DNA of 32,000 bases from Coprobacillaceae bacterium (GCA_963675915.1 OY780959.1:810001-842000); one strand, 5' to 3'. Shown: positions 1 through 9,092, counted from the first letter of the stretch. The notes: generated by a model not told the origin, from the sequence alone. Numbers and translations are program-made.

Positions 1-1198
1 GCGGTGGCAACAGCGAAGGGTTGTCAATGACAACCATTGAGTCATCAGTCATGAAAACATGATAACTAACCGATGGTGCGGTCGCAATCAGTTCCAGGTC
101 GAACTCGCGTTCAAGACGTTCCTGAATTACATCCATATGCAACAATCCCAGGAATCCGCAACGGAACCCAAATCCCAATGCTTGTGATGTTTCCGGTTCG
201 AAAATAAGAGCTGAATCGGATAGTTTCATTTTCTCCAATGCTTCACGTAAATCTTTGTAACGGGCATTGTCAATCGGATACAATCCACAAAATACCATCG
301 GATTCAACTGACGGTATCCCGGCAACTGTTCCTTGCTTTGATTTTCCAAAGTCGTGATTGTATCCCCGACATGGACATGTTCGATATTTTTAATCGAAGC
401 ACTGATCCAGCCAACTTCACCGGTAACCAGTTCTTCCTTTTTAACTTCTTTTGGAGTTCGAACCCCAACTTCGATAACCTCATATTCAGCTCCGGTTGCC
501 ATGAATTTAATGGTATCCCCGACTCTGATTTTACCTTCCTTGATTCGCACGAACACCAATACCCCGCGGTAGGCATCGTAAAGCGAATCGAAGATCAGGG
601 CTTGAGTCGGATTGTCAACCGACCCGCTAGGAGCCGGTACTTCACTGACAATCATTTCCAGAACATCTTCGACATTCAACCCGCTTTTGGCTGAAATCAA
701 TGGTGCGTGTTCAGCCGGCAAGCCGATCACATCTTCAATTTCCTGAATCACCCGATCCGGATCGGCACTTGGCAGATCCACTTTATTGATAACCGGAAGG
801 ATTTCCAAATCATTATCCAAGGCCAGGTAGACATTGGCCAAAGTCTGGGCTTCAACTCCCTGTGCGGCATCGACAACCAGGATGGCCCCTTCGCAGGCAG
901 CCAGCGATCTCGAAACTTCATAAGTGAAGTCGACATGGCCCGGTGTATCTATCAGATGGAAAAGATAAGTATTTCCATCTTTGGCAGTATAGTGCAACTG
1001 TACTGCATTCAATTTTATTGTAATTCCACGTTCTCTTTCCAAATCCATACTATCTAAAAGTTGAGCTTTCATTTCTCTGTCACTAACTGTCTTAGTTAAC
1101 TGCAGAATTCGGTCAGCCAGTGTACTTTTACCATGGTCGATATGAGCAATAATTGAGAAATTACGAATTTTACTTTGATCTAAAGTCAATATGTTCAC
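1..1198 (-). CDS. lepA: Elongation factor 4 (LepA), 5' part only; the 3' end lies beyond the left window edge
   Basis: Absent from the ORF track because there is no stop in the window. My minus-strand translation from GTG at 1198 reads [31 protein letters not shown]...[16 protein letters not shown]...[10 protein letters not shown]...[20 protein letters not shown], and the frame stays open to position 2. It shows translational-GTPase G1/G3/G4 motifs and LepA-like sequence throughout. Confidence 0.93.
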   Translation of the reverse strand, partial: MNILTLDQSKIRNFSIIAHIDHGKSTLADRILQLTKTVSDREMKAQLLDSMDLERERGITIKLNAVQLHYTAKDGNTYLFHLIDTPGHVDFTYEVSRSLAACEGAILVVDAAQGVEAQTLANVYLALDNDLEILPVINKVDLPSADPDRVIQEIEDVIGLPAEHAPLISAKSGLNVEDVLEMIVSEVPAPSGSVDNPTQALIFDSLYDAYRGVLVFVRIKEGKIRVGDTIKFMATGAEYEVIEVGVRTPKEVKKEELVTGEVGWISASIKNIEHVHVGDTITTLENQSKEQLPGYRQLNPMVFCGLYPIDNARYKDLREALEKMKLSDSALIFEPETSQALGFGFRCGFLGLLHMDVIQERLEREFDLELIATAPSVSYHVFMTDDSMVVIDNPSLLPP

Positions 1199-1214
1199 CC
1201 ACTTTCACATAGTG

Positions 1215-1243
1215 ATTATAACAAAAAACCAAAGTTAAAACAA
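1215..1243 (-). promoter_or_regulatory. Possible sigma-A-type promoter just upstream of lepA
   Basis: On the minus strand: -35 TTGTTT (1243-1238), 17-nt spacer, extended -10 TGTTATAAT (1223-1215). This leaves only about 10 nt of leader before the GTG, so lepA may instead be co-transcribed from the promoter at 1612-1640. Confidence 0.35.
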
Positions 1244-1272
1244 TGAGATAATGCACAACGTTTTGCGATAAT

Positions 1273-1590
1273 TCAGCCGTCCTGACCGGTGAAAGAATAT
1301 TTATCCATGAAAGAAATTTTTTCACATATGATATTGAATTTTTCCGCCTGGTTGTAGTTGATTCTTCCCTTGATTCCAATCATACTTCCAATCGTGCAGA
1401 CATCAATCATCATTTTGGCAATGGCTTCCCACAGGATCACCGGAATAAAATCATATTCGTGTTTTCCCCCACTTATCAGCATATTACGCTGAACCTTGAG
1501 GACGATTTCAGTTTCTTTCGAACCGTTGCAATTTTGGTACATCTCGGAAATTTTGGCAATCTGACCCACAATGACTACTTCGTTCATCAT
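1273..1590 (-). CDS. Small SSB-family OB-fold protein without a C-terminal tail (105 aa)
   Basis: ORF track, with SD GGGGGTG upstream of the ATG. NEVVIVGQIAK, YDFIPVILWEAIAK and TIGSMIGIKGRI follow the canonical bacterial SSB pattern as I remember it (N-x-V-x-L-V-G-x-L ... D-F-I-x-x-V-x-W ... K-G-S-x-x-G-V-x-G-R-L). The protein ends right after the OB fold, with no Gly/Pro linker and no acidic tip. Confidence 0.6.
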   Translation of the reverse strand: MMNEVVIVGQIAKISEMYQNCNGSKETEIVLKVQRNMLISGGKHEYDFIPVILWEAIAKMMIDVCTIGSMIGIKGRINYNQAEKFNIICEKISFMDKYSFTGQDG

Positions 1591-1611
1591 ATCGACACCC
1601 CCTTTTGCTTG

Positions 1612-1640
1612 ATTTTATCGTAACATTAGTCTGAAGGCAA
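1612..1640 (-). promoter_or_regulatory. Predicted sigma-A-type promoter for the SSB-like gene (and probably lepA)
   Basis: On the minus strand: -35 TTGCCT (1640-1635), exactly 17 nt of spacer, -10 TAAAAT (1617-1612). It sits about 20 nt upstream of the SD GGGGGTG. Confidence 0.5.
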
Positions 1641-1770
1641 ATTTCCTAAATTCCTAATTTCTCAGTAACGAGAATCCAGGCCGCTATTTTATTCATTAGC
1701 GGACACCAGTCGCCAGTGAACATCAAACATTGCCTGAAATCAGGAAAATTGATTGAATCCTGCGATTTTT

Positions 1771-1800
1771 TCAAAATAAAAAAAGAGTAAGTGCTTACTC
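1771..1800 (-). terminator. Rho-independent terminator after acpS
   Basis: The minus-strand RNA forms GAGTAAG-CA-CTTACTC (1800-1785, effectively 6 bp with a 4-nt loop) followed by TTTTTTTATTTT (1784-1773). The hairpin overlaps the acpS stop codon. Confidence 0.55.
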
Positions 1801-2127
1801 TTCAATTATTACATATGCAATTGCAATATCATTTTCATGTGAAATCGATACATGAGAATTAGGAAAATTCAAATACGGTTTGCCCGATTCATCATTGAGG
1901 ACTGACAGCGACTTGAATGTATGCTCGAGTTTCTGGTCACTGGTAGCTTTGTAAAAAGCCTCCTTGACGCAAAAGCGCGATCCGAGATACTGCCGTTTCG
2001 ATTTGACAGACTTTAAGCCGTTATATACTGCCAGTTCCGGATCCGAAAGGATCTTATGGGCCAGTCGGTCGTTTTTAACGTTAATCCGATTCAAATCAAC
2101 GATATCGCATCCAATGCCCCTGATCAT
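1795..2127 (-). CDS. acpS: Holo-[acyl-carrier-protein] synthase (4'-phosphopantetheinyl transferase)
   Basis: ORF track, 110 aa. The N-terminus MIRGIGCDIVDLNRI matches the AcpS signature G-I-G-x-D-I-V, and the size is typical. The start ATG shares one nt with the upstream TGA stop (TGATG). Confidence 0.9.
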   Translation of the reverse strand: MIRGIGCDIVDLNRINVKNDRLAHKILSDPELAVYNGLKSVKSKRQYLGSRFCVKEAFYKATSDQKLEHTFKSLSVLNDESGKPYLNFPNSHVSISHENDIAIAYVIIEE

Positions 2128-2879
2128 CAGTTTTTATATTTGTCGTACAGGTTCATCAATTCTTCAAGGGAAGTATCATCTTTGATCTCCTCAGTAACTG
2201 AGCCATCAGTTGATGAATGGTCCTTGAAGTCCAGGCGGAATTCACCGGTACGTTCTTCAATAATTTTCAAATCAGCATCCGTATCATCGATAAGTTTGGC
2301 GATGTTGCGGATATTGTCTTCCACTGTCTGGGCTTTTTGAGCTTCGGCAGATTCCTTGGCTGATTGGATCATTTCTTGTTCCAATACGCTTTCAAAACTG
2401 CTTTTAACTTCGGGATCAACCTTGACCGCTTCATCAAGTTCCATTTCATCATCACTTTCAACTGGAACATAGAATGGTGAAAAAACGTTGATCAAGCCAT
2501 CATCAGGATGGACAACTTTCTTTTTTTTCTTGGCCGGACTGGCTTCGACGGTCCCATCACTGTCATTTTTCGCACCAAATATCGGTGAGATGACCTGAGA
2601 CATTTTATACTCTTCCTCAACCTCTTCTGTCTTTTTGACAGGAGCGGTCTTTTTAATAGGTGCTGATTTTTTGGCAGGCTTGGCTGCTTTTTCCGGCTCT
2701 ACGGCTACTGATTTTTCAATCACAACGTCTTCAGGCACCAAGATTTTAGGCTTGGTTTTGGGTGCCGGATCAACCGCTACAGTCACATCAGTGACTTTTT
2801 CCTGACGTCTTTTTTCAACTATGTTTTCTGGAGTCCCCTCATCTTCATCTTTGAAGAGATTGAAAAAGTTCTTAAGCAT
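2127..2879 (-). CDS. Hypothetical acidic/lysine-rich low-complexity protein (250 aa), no recognisable domain
   Basis: ORF track. SD GGTGAG lies 4 nt before the ATG at 2879. The gene overlaps the ytpR stop by 8 nt and the acpS start by 1 nt, suggesting translational coupling. Composition is dominated by E, D, K, P, A and V, with AP(I/V)KKT-like repeats and a KKKKK run. Confidence 0.75.
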   Translation of the reverse strand: MLKNFFNLFKDEDEGTPENIVEKRRQEKVTDVTVAVDPAPKTKPKILVPEDVVIEKSVAVEPEKAAKPAKKSAPIKKTAPVKKTEEVEEEYKMSQVISPIFGAKNDSDGTVEASPAKKKKKVVHPDDGLINVFSPFYVPVESDDEMELDEAVKVDPEVKSSFESVLEQEMIQSAKESAEAQKAQTVEDNIRNIAKLIDDTDADLKIIEERTGEFRLDFKDHSSTDGSVTEEIKDDTSLEELMNLYDKYKN

Positions 2880-3492
2880 TTAACTCACCGTACCTTTTAT
2901 AGAAATGTTGACCAATCGAATAATCACTTTCATCCAATATCAGGATGCCATTATAAGGCAAATTATGCAAATTCAATTCCGGGGCTGAACAAAGCATTCC
3001 TTTGCTTTCTTCCCCGCGAAGTTTTGAAGGTCTGATAATCAGGCCGCTAGGCATAACCGCATTGATGTCAGCAACGACAACCAACTGTCCTTGGGCAACA
3101 TTTTTAGCGCCACAAACAATCTGAACGGTCTCAAAACCTTTGTCAACCTGGCAAATATGGAGGTGATCGGAATCGGGATGCTCGACACATTCCACAACTT
3201 TCCCCACCACGATATGGTCATCGAAGTCGCTGGTGACCGTAGTTTGATTTTTTACTTCAAGAATCCCATTTAAAGTCTCAACGAACTCCGGAGTAATTTC
3301 AATTTTTCCATTACCCAGTTTCCCGAATTCCTTAGTGGCATTCAAAATGTTGTAACCAATGACATTGTCTTTCGCATCCTTCAAGATTACCAGATTGCCA
3401 TCGGTATCGAAATGATTGCAAGTACCTTTTCCCAAACGAACCAGCAATACGTCACCGGCTCCTTTATAATTATAAAAAGCGTGTAATATCAT
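2872..3492 (-). CDS. ytpR: YtpR-type tRNA-binding-domain protein (CsaA/PheT-like OB fold)
   Basis: ORF track, 206 aa. HPDSDHLHICQVDKGFETVQIVCGAKNVAQGQLVVVA is the classic tRNA-binding domain motif. The size and the position next to ytpP match B. subtilis ytpR. Confidence 0.88.
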   Translation of the reverse strand: MILHAFYNYKGAGDVLLVRLGKGTCNHFDTDGNLVILKDAKDNVIGYNILNATKEFGKLGNGKIEITPEFVETLNGILEVKNQTTVTSDFDDHIVVGKVVECVEHPDSDHLHICQVDKGFETVQIVCGAKNVAQGQLVVVADINAVMPSGLIIRPSKLRGEESKGMLCSAPELNLHNLPYNGILILDESDYSIGQHFYKRYGELNA

Positions 3493-3494
3493 AA

Positions 3495-3824
3495 TTATCC
3501 CTCCAATTTATCAATGAATTCCTGAATCTGTGCTTGGGTTTTGCGATCTTTGGAAATAAAAGTTCCAATCTGATTACCGTTATTATAGGCGATAAACGAT
3601 GGAATTCCCAAAATATCATTATCGATGCAAATATCAAGCAGTTTGTCACGGTCGACATAGAACCAGGTGTATTTTTTGTTTTGAGCTACCAAATCTTTAA
3701 TGAAGTTTTTAACGAATAGGCAATCAGGGCACCAATCGGCACTGAACATCACGATTGCATTTTCAACCGAACTGATTTGGTCATAATAGGTAGCTCCATC
3801 GGTTATCTCAATTAATGAATCCAT
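3495..3824 (-). CDS. ytpP: Thioredoxin-like protein (WCPDC active site)
   Basis: ORF track, 109 aa. It has a WCPDC redox motif, a thioredoxin-fold length, and sits adjacent to ytpR as in B. subtilis. Confidence 0.85.
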   Translation of the reverse strand: MDSLIEITDGATYYDQISSVENAIVMFSADWCPDCLFVKNFIKDLVAQNKKYTWFYVDRDKLLDICIDNDILGIPSFIAYNNGNQIGTFISKDRKTQAQIQEFIDKLEG

Positions 3825-3825
3825 A

Positions 3826-4464
3826 CTAATACCTCACTATTGCTTTGTATATTGGTCCATGGACTGAGAACTTTACTTCGTATTCAGTCTGGATGTTGTC
3901 TTCATTTTCCGGGGAGCGGTGGAGATCCAAACTCACATACTCCAGCTTGACCGGATATTCATTGAAGGTCATCAAAGAATATTCAAACAGCCCCTGATTA
4001 TCGGTTTTAAACTCGATTACAGCATCATCTCCCAGAATACTTTGATAGATTTTCAAAAAAGTCTCAGATGTCAATCTTCTTTTGGCATGGCGGTTTTTTG
4101 GCCATGGATCCGAAAAGTTCAAAAACAGTTTGTCAACTTCCTTCTTGGCGAAGATTTCTTCAAGCAAAGTCGCATCAAATTTGATTAGTCGCAAATTGTT
4201 CAGATGCTCCATTTGGTTGAGTTTGTTGACAGCAGCGGCAAGAACAGAAGGATAGCGTTCAATCCCGATAAAATTTATTTCAGGATAACGACGGGCATTT
4301 TCATAAATGAAATCGCCTTTCCCCATCCCCACTTCAATATAGAGGGGATTATCGTTGCCAAACAGCTGTTTCCATTTTCCTTTATTTTCTTCCGGATTCA
4401 TTACTACCATATCCGGGTTTTCTTTTAAAATATCCAACGCTTTCGGATTATTTCTAAGTCTCAT
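3826..4464 (-). CDS. trmB: tRNA (guanine46-N7)-methyltransferase
   Basis: ORF track, 212 aa. MRLRNNPKA..., EVGMGKGDF (SAM-binding G-x-G-x-G) and NFSDPWPKNRHAKRRL are characteristic TrmB motifs. Confidence 0.92.
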   Translation of the reverse strand: MRLRNNPKALDILKENPDMVVMNPEENKGKWKQLFGNDNPLYIEVGMGKGDFIYENARRYPEINFIGIERYPSVLAAAVNKLNQMEHLNNLRLIKFDATLLEEIFAKKEVDKLFLNFSDPWPKNRHAKRRLTSETFLKIYQSILGDDAVIEFKTDNQGLFEYSLMTFNEYPVKLEYVSLDLHRSPENEDNIQTEYEVKFSVHGPIYKAIVRY

Positions 4465-4491
4465 TTGTTATTCTCCTTAATTTCAAGTATA

Positions 4492-5211
4492 TCACAGATT
4501 TTCTTTCAAGTCGATTAATTCTTGTTTTGTCAGTTCACGAAATTCACCCAACTGTAGATTTTTATCCAATTTGAGATTCCTGATCTGGGTCCTTTTAAGG
4601 TAAAGGACTTCCGATCCGATTGCCATGAACATTTTTTTGACCTGATGGAATTTTCCTTCGGTTATTTCGACCTCGATTGTTGAGACATCATCATCGCTGT
4701 CTAAAATCGTCAAACGGGCGCTCTGACACTTGTAACCAGTGTCGATAACCACCCCTTCTTCAAATTGTTTCACATGTTCATCTGTGATCCGGCCCTTGAC
4801 ATGGGCGAAGTAAATCTTGGCGTGCTTTCTTCTAGGCGCCATCAGCAGATGGGCGAACCCGCCGTCATTGGTAATCAACATCAACCCTTCAGTATCCTTG
4901 TCGAGTCTTCCAACTGGAAACAGTTCGTAATTATCATATCCTTCAATCAGGTCGATAACTGTTTCGTGGAGCTGGTCGACTGTCGCACTGACGCATCCGG
5001 CCGGTTTGTTCAACATCAGGTAAACAAACGGTTGATAACCAACGAGTTCATCATCAAGATAAACTTTATCTTTATCGGTATCTATTTTTAAATCATCTTT
5101 TTTTACAATTGTCGAATTGACCTTGACATGACCTTTTCTAATCAGAAGTTTAACTTCTTTTCTAGTCCCATATCCGGTATTCGCCAATAGTCTGTCTAAT
5201 CTTACTTTCAT
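4492..5211 (-). CDS. rsuA: 16S rRNA pseudouridine synthase, RsuA family (S4 domain plus PVGRLDKDTEGL catalytic motif)
   Basis: The ORF-track ORF is 4492-5313, but I place the start at ATG 5211 (MKVRLDRLL...), which is preceded by SD AAAGGTGG. YLMLNKPAGCVSAT, GRLDKDTEGL and EGKFHQVKKMF resemble E. coli RsuA and B. subtilis YtzG as I remember them. Confidence 0.88.
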   Translation of the reverse strand: MKVRLDRLLANTGYGTRKEVKLLIRKGHVKVNSTIVKKDDLKIDTDKDKVYLDDELVGYQPFVYLMLNKPAGCVSATVDQLHETVIDLIEGYDNYELFPVGRLDKDTEGLMLITNDGGFAHLLMAPRRKHAKIYFAHVKGRITDEHVKQFEEGVVIDTGYKCQSARLTILDSDDDVSTIEVEITEGKFHQVKKMFMAIGSEVLYLKRTQIRNLKLDKNLQLGEFRELTKQELIDLKENL

Positions 5212-5238
5212 GTAACCACCTTTTAAAATTATGTCAAT

Positions 5239-5267
5239 ATTATACCAAATATCCCTTGTCTTTTGAA
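5239..5267 (-). promoter_or_regulatory. Predicted promoter of the rsuA-trmB-ytpP-ytpR-hyp-acpS operon
   Basis: On the minus strand: -35 TTCAAA (5267-5262), 17-nt spacer, extended -10 TGGTATAAT (5247-5239). Confidence 0.5.
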
Positions 5268-5291
5268 TTGTATTTTCCCAATTATATGATA

Positions 5292-5321
5292 AATAATCAA
5301 AAAAGGCCATCATGGCCTTTT
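5292..5321 (-). terminator. Rho-independent (bidirectional-looking) terminator after the aldose epimerase gene
   Basis: Palindrome AAAAGGCCAT-C-ATGGCCTTTT (5301-5321). On the minus strand it is followed by TTTTTTGATTATTT, and it starts 10 nt after the stop codon. Confidence 0.7.
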
Positions 5322-5330
5322 GGTTGGCAA

Positions 5331-6215
5331 TTATTTTTCCAAATCAATTGAAACGGTAAAATCAACGCTATAACTACTAGCTTCTTCTAGTTCAACGATG
5401 CTTTCTTTTTCCTTGAATTCACCGGTGAACCCTTCATAGTCGATATGTCCGACCCAAGGCTCGATGGCAATCAGACCACCGACATGCTTGCTGGCCCACA
5501 AACCAACATGATCGAATCCGTTCATGGTCACATGAATGGCTTTGTCATGATCGATTGATTTCAAAGAAACAGTCTTCGATTTGAAATTTTTAAGGACGAT
5601 CGCATCATTGGCAAAAAGACTTTGACGGACGAAGATACGGCGTTCATTTTCGAAAAATGGTCTGGTTTCCCAAGACATGCAGCGTTCAGCCGGTTTGAGA
5701 ACTTTTTGTTCCAATGTTTCAAACTCGCTGAATTCCAAATAATAACTGTCGCTGCTTTCGCCCTCATGGAACGGACAGGCAAAAGCCGGATGGCCCCCAA
5801 TTTGGAAATAGATTGCCTGCTGATCGATATTTTCAACTTTGCAGGTACATTTGAGGCTGTTGGCAATCAGTTCATAAGTGACAGTCAGTCTGAACAGGTA
5901 AGGGTATTGCTCTTTGATTGTTTCATTCGATTCCAAAACAAACTCCAGTTTGGTGTCGGAAATCAGATTGGTCGCGAATTCGTTATGACGGGCAAATCCG
6001 TGTTGAGTCAGATGATAGGTATCTTTTCCAATCCGGTAAGTGTCGTTGGTGACCGCACCGACAATCGGGAAAAGAATGGGCGCTGAAGAACCCCATAATG
6101 ATGCATCCCGTCGCCACATGTAATTGGTATCGTCATTTTTACCGACAATGGCAATTATTTCCGCTCCTTTTGGATTCAGTTCTACTTTCAATAATTCATT
6201 TTCTAAAAATGGCAT
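5331..6215 (-). CDS. Aldose 1-epimerase (galactose mutarotase-like, LacX-type) family protein
   Basis: ORF track, 294 aa. APILFPIVG, LTQHGFARH, GGHPAF and EPW resemble the aldose-1-epimerase superfamily. SD AGAGGAGA is present, and the gene has its own promoter and terminator. Confidence 0.85.
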   Translation of the reverse strand: MPFLENELLKVELNPKGAEIIAIVGKNDDTNYMWRRDASLWGSSAPILFPIVGAVTNDTYRIGKDTYHLTQHGFARHNEFATNLISDTKLEFVLESNETIKEQYPYLFRLTVTYELIANSLKCTCKVENIDQQAIYFQIGGHPAFACPFHEGESSDSYYLEFSEFETLEQKVLKPAERCMSWETRPFFENERRIFVRQSLFANDAIVLKNFKSKTVSLKSIDHDKAIHVTMNGFDHVGLWASKHVGGLIAIEPWVGHIDYEGFTGEFKEKESIVELEEASSYSVDFTVSIDLEK

Positions 6216-6243
6216 AATAATCTCCTCTACATAATTTAGTTAC

Positions 6244-6272
6244 ATTATACCAAACTGTAATAATTATGTTAA
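6244..6272 (-). promoter_or_regulatory. Predicted promoter of the aldose epimerase gene
   Basis: On the minus strand: -35 TTAACA (6272-6267), 17-nt spacer, extended -10 TGGTATAAT (6252-6244). Confidence 0.55.
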
Positions 6273-6288
6273 GAAAATTCCAAAATGT

Positions 6289-6318
6289 GTAAATTAAAAG
6301 ATGGCAGCGCCATCTTTT
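6289..6318 (-). terminator. Rho-independent terminator ending the rimP-nusA-infB-rbfA operon
   Basis: AAAAGATGGC-AGC-GCCATCTTTT (6296-6318). On the minus strand it is followed by AATTT, and it lies 11 nt after the rbfA stop. Confidence 0.7.
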
Positions 6319-6328
6319 AATTGTTCGA

Positions 6329-6685
6329 TTAATCCTTGTTTTCTTCTTTATGAAGTTCACTGATTATTTTTTCGATTTTATTTCCATATTCAACTGATTC
6401 ATCGATTTTGAAAATCAGTTCCGGAACCTTGCGGACTTTCAGTTTCTTTGCCAGCAATGAACGGATGTAGCCACTTGATTTTTCCAGAGCTTCCATCCCG
6501 CGACGTTTGTCGCCTTCATTACCCATGAATGTGACGAATACTTTGGCAAATGACAAATCATTCGTAGTCTCCACGGCAGTAACTGTGACAAATCTAAGTT
6601 TGGCATCACGCACTTCATTAAGGAATATCAATGATAATTCCCTTTGAATGGTTCCGTTTAATTTTTGTATCTTAACAGATGACAT
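6329..6685 (-). CDS. rbfA: Ribosome-binding factor A
   Basis: ORF track, 118 aa. The sequence is RbfA-like (RELSLIFLNEVRDAKL...VTVTAVETTNDLSFAKVF) and the gene sits immediately after infB. Confidence 0.93.
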   Translation of the reverse strand: MSSVKIQKLNGTIQRELSLIFLNEVRDAKLRFVTVTAVETTNDLSFAKVFVTFMGNEGDKRRGMEALEKSSGYIRSLLAKKLKVRKVPELIFKIDESVEYGNKIEKIISELHKEENKD

Positions 6686-6693
6686 GTTAACAC

Positions 6694-8538
6694 CTATCTT
6701 TCTACTTCTTCCATTACGTATCCTTCAACTACATCGCCTTCTTTGATATCGTTGTAGTTTTCGATACTCAAACCACATTCGAAGCCTGAGTTCACTTGCT
6801 TCACATCATCAGTGAAACGACGCAATGAACCTAGTTTTCCTTCGTAAATTACGATTCCATCACGGATCAGACGGACACCACTGTTTCTAAAGAGAGTTCC
6901 TTCAGTAACATAACATCCAGCAACATTTCCGACTTTGGAAACTTTGATAACCTGACGGATTTCCGCTTGTCCGGTAACTTTCTCTCTAAATTCAGGAGCC
7001 AGCATTCCAGTCATCGCCGCTTCGATTTCTTCAATCATCTTGTAGATGATGTTGTGAAGGTGGATTTCAACGCCTTCCTCTTCAGCTTTTTGACGAACTT
7101 TAGAGTTTGGACGGACATTGAAACCGTAAATCAAGGCTTTTGATGCACTTGCAAGCAAGACATCCGATTCAGTGATTGAACCGACAGTCGAACGGATTAC
7201 GTTGACACGAACTCCTTCAACACTGATTTTGTTCAGGGAAGCTTTAACCGCTTCGGCAGTACCTTGAACATCAGCTTTGACAATGATGTTAAGATCGATG
7301 ATTTCACCTTCTTTGATTTGAGAATACAAATCATCAAGGGACATCGCTGTATTGGTGCCACGTTGTTCTTCCTGTTTCGCTTTAAGACGAGTTTCCCCGA
7401 TTGAACGAGCTTTTTTCTCTGAATCAAAGGCTTTGAAACGGTCTCCGGCTACCGGTACATCATTAAGTCCGGTAATCTCAACTGGAGTTCCCGGCAAAGC
7501 GGTTTTGATGATCTTTCCACGATCATCAACCATCTGACGAACCCGTCCGAAAGTAGTTCCGACAACAATCGGATCTCCCGATTTCAAAGTTCCGTTTTCA
7601 ACCAGCAAAGTAACTACCGGTCCACGTCCTTTGTCAAGACGACCTTCGATTACAGTACCATAAGCCAGACGTTTTGGATTGGCTTTGTAATCCTGCAATT
7701 CAGCTACTACTGTCAGAGTTTCCAACAAGTCTTCGATCCCGATGTTCATTTTAGCTGAGATTTCACAGTAAACTGTGTCGCCACCCCAGTCTTCAGGCAT
7801 CAGGCCTTCTTCAGACATCTCACCTTTGATTCGGTCGACATCTGCGCCTTCCTTGTCAATCTTGTTTACAGCAACCACGATCGGTACTCCTGCCGCTTTG
7901 GCATGGTCGATCGCTTCTTTTGTTTGAGGCATAACCCCATCGTCAGCTGCTACGACGATAATTACGATATCGGTAACCTGAGCTCCACGAGCACGCATCG
8001 CCGTGAAGGCTTCGTGGCCCGGTGTATCCAGGAATGTAATTTTTTTACCGTCTACTTCAACTTGATAAGCACCAATATGTTGAGTGATTCCCCCAGCTTC
8101 GCCTTCGGCTACTGCGGTTTTTCGAATTGTATCCAATAATGTAGTCTTACCATGATCGACGTGACCCATGATAGTTACTACCGGACAACGAGGAACCAAA
8201 TCTTCCTCATTATCTTCTTCAATGAATTCTTCAAAATTATTTTCATCCACTTTGACTTCTTTTTTACACTCGAAGCCATATTCCAAGCAGATCAATTCAA
8301 CTTGTTCATCGCTTAAAGTAGTATTGATTGTTACCATGATTCCCAGTAAGAATAAAATCTTAATTACTGCAGCTGGTTGCTGACCAACTTTAGCCGCCAA
8401 ATCATTTACAGTAATCCCATCTTCATAAACGATGAAACCGTCAACCAATTGTGGTTCCAGTTTTTTAGGAGCGGCACTTTTTTTACCTTTTCCTCCCCGT
8501 TTATTATGTGTGTTTCGATTCTTCTTGACTTTAGCCAT
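6694..8538 (-). CDS. infB: Translation initiation factor IF-2
   Basis: ORF track, 614 aa. G-domain motifs [20 protein letters not shown] and NKID are present, followed by the conserved C-terminal domains. Confidence 0.97.
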   Translation of the reverse strand: MAKVKKNRNTHNKRGGKGKKSAAPKKLEPQLVDGFIVYEDGITVNDLAAKVGQQPAAVIKILFLLGIMVTINTTLSDEQVELICLEYGFECKKEVKVDENNFEEFIEEDNEEDLVPRCPVVTIMGHVDHGKTTLLDTIRKTAVAEGEAGGITQHIGAYQVEVDGKKITFLDTPGHEAFTAMRARGAQVTDIVIIVVAADDGVMPQTKEAIDHAKAAGVPIVVAVNKIDKEGADVDRIKGEMSEEGLMPEDWGGDTVYCEISAKMNIGIEDLLETLTVVAELQDYKANPKRLAYGTVIEGRLDKGRGPVVTLLVENGTLKSGDPIVVGTTFGRVRQMVDDRGKIIKTALPGTPVEITGLNDVPVAGDRFKAFDSEKKARSIGETRLKAKQEEQRGTNTAMSLDDLYSQIKEGEIIDLNIIVKADVQGTAEAVKASLNKISVEGVRVNVIRSTVGSITESDVLLASASKALIYGFNVRPNSKVRQKAEEEGVEIHLHNIIYKMIEEIEAAMTGMLAPEFREKVTGQAEIRQVIKVSKVGNVAGCYVTEGTLFRNSGVRLIRDGIVIYEGKLGSLRRFTDDVKQVNSGFECGLSIENYNDIKEGDVVEGYVMEEVER

Positions 8539-8542
8539 AATA

Positions 8543-8848
8543 TCACCTACCCATTTCTTTTTTTATTTTAGCATAGAATCCCTTATCCATAATTCCAACT
8601 GCCATTCGATTAGCTTTACCTATCGCATTTGAAATTTCCTCGCTTTGATATTTTTCTACATACTCTATGTTGTAAAACTTACATTTGTCGCTAATTTTCT
8701 TTTTAGTATTATCACTAGCGTCGGTAGCGATAATCACAAAAAACACTCTCTGTTTACGGATATCTTCAATCAATGTCGATCCCGTAGATAATTTTCTTGC
8801 CCGAGCACATAATCCAAGCGTCCCTTTGATCTGGTTATCCATTGGCAT
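8543..8848 (-). CDS. ylxQ: L7Ae-family RNA-binding protein YlxQ
   Basis: ORF track, 101 aa. [13 protein letters not shown]...[18 protein letters not shown] resembles YlxQ, and the gene lies between ylxR and infB. The start could also be the ATG at 8842. Confidence 0.88.
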   Translation of the reverse strand: MPMDNQIKGTLGLCARARKLSTGSTLIEDIRKQRVFFVIIATDASDNTKKKISDKCKFYNIEYVEKYQSEEISNAIGKANRMAVGIMDKGFYAKIKKEMGR

Positions 8849-9092
8849 ATTTTTTCAATTCCTCATATACTTCTTCAGGAATTTCGCAAGAAAGAGCCCG
8901 GTTGAGACTGCGCTTTTTCTTGGCGATTTCAATTGCTTCGAGGGAACGTTTGAGGTACGCACCACGGCCGTTTTTCTTTCCGCTTGGATCGACGCTAACT
9001 TCGCCTTCCTTGCTTTTGACAACCCTGATCAATTCCTGTTTGGGAAGTTGTTCACCGGTAGCCACACATTTTCTCAACGGTACCTTACGCAT
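8835..9092 (-). CDS. ylxR: YlxR/RnpM-family (DUF448) RNA-binding protein
   Basis: ORF track, 85 aa. PLRKCVATGE...LIRVV...DPSGKKNGRGAYL is the DUF448 signature. It lies directly downstream of nusA. Confidence 0.9.
   Translation of the reverse strand: MRKVPLRKCVATGEQLPKQELIRVVKSKEGEVSVDPSGKKNGRGAYLKRSLEAIEIAKKKRSLNRALSCEIPEEVYEELKKYANG

Noticed and set aside
338-1057. Plus-strand ORFs of 118, 72 and 116 aa, and a 90-aa minus-strand ORF at the left end
   Set aside because: All overlap the open lepA reading frame, which has unmistakable GTPase motifs. They are antisense or out-of-frame shadows.
2521-2528. An 8-nt homopolymer (T8 on plus, A8 on the coding strand) inside the hypothetical gene, considered as a possible phase-variation tract
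   Set aside because: It simply encodes the KKKK run of a lysine-rich protein. It is short for slipped-strand switching, and there is no evidence of an alternative frame.
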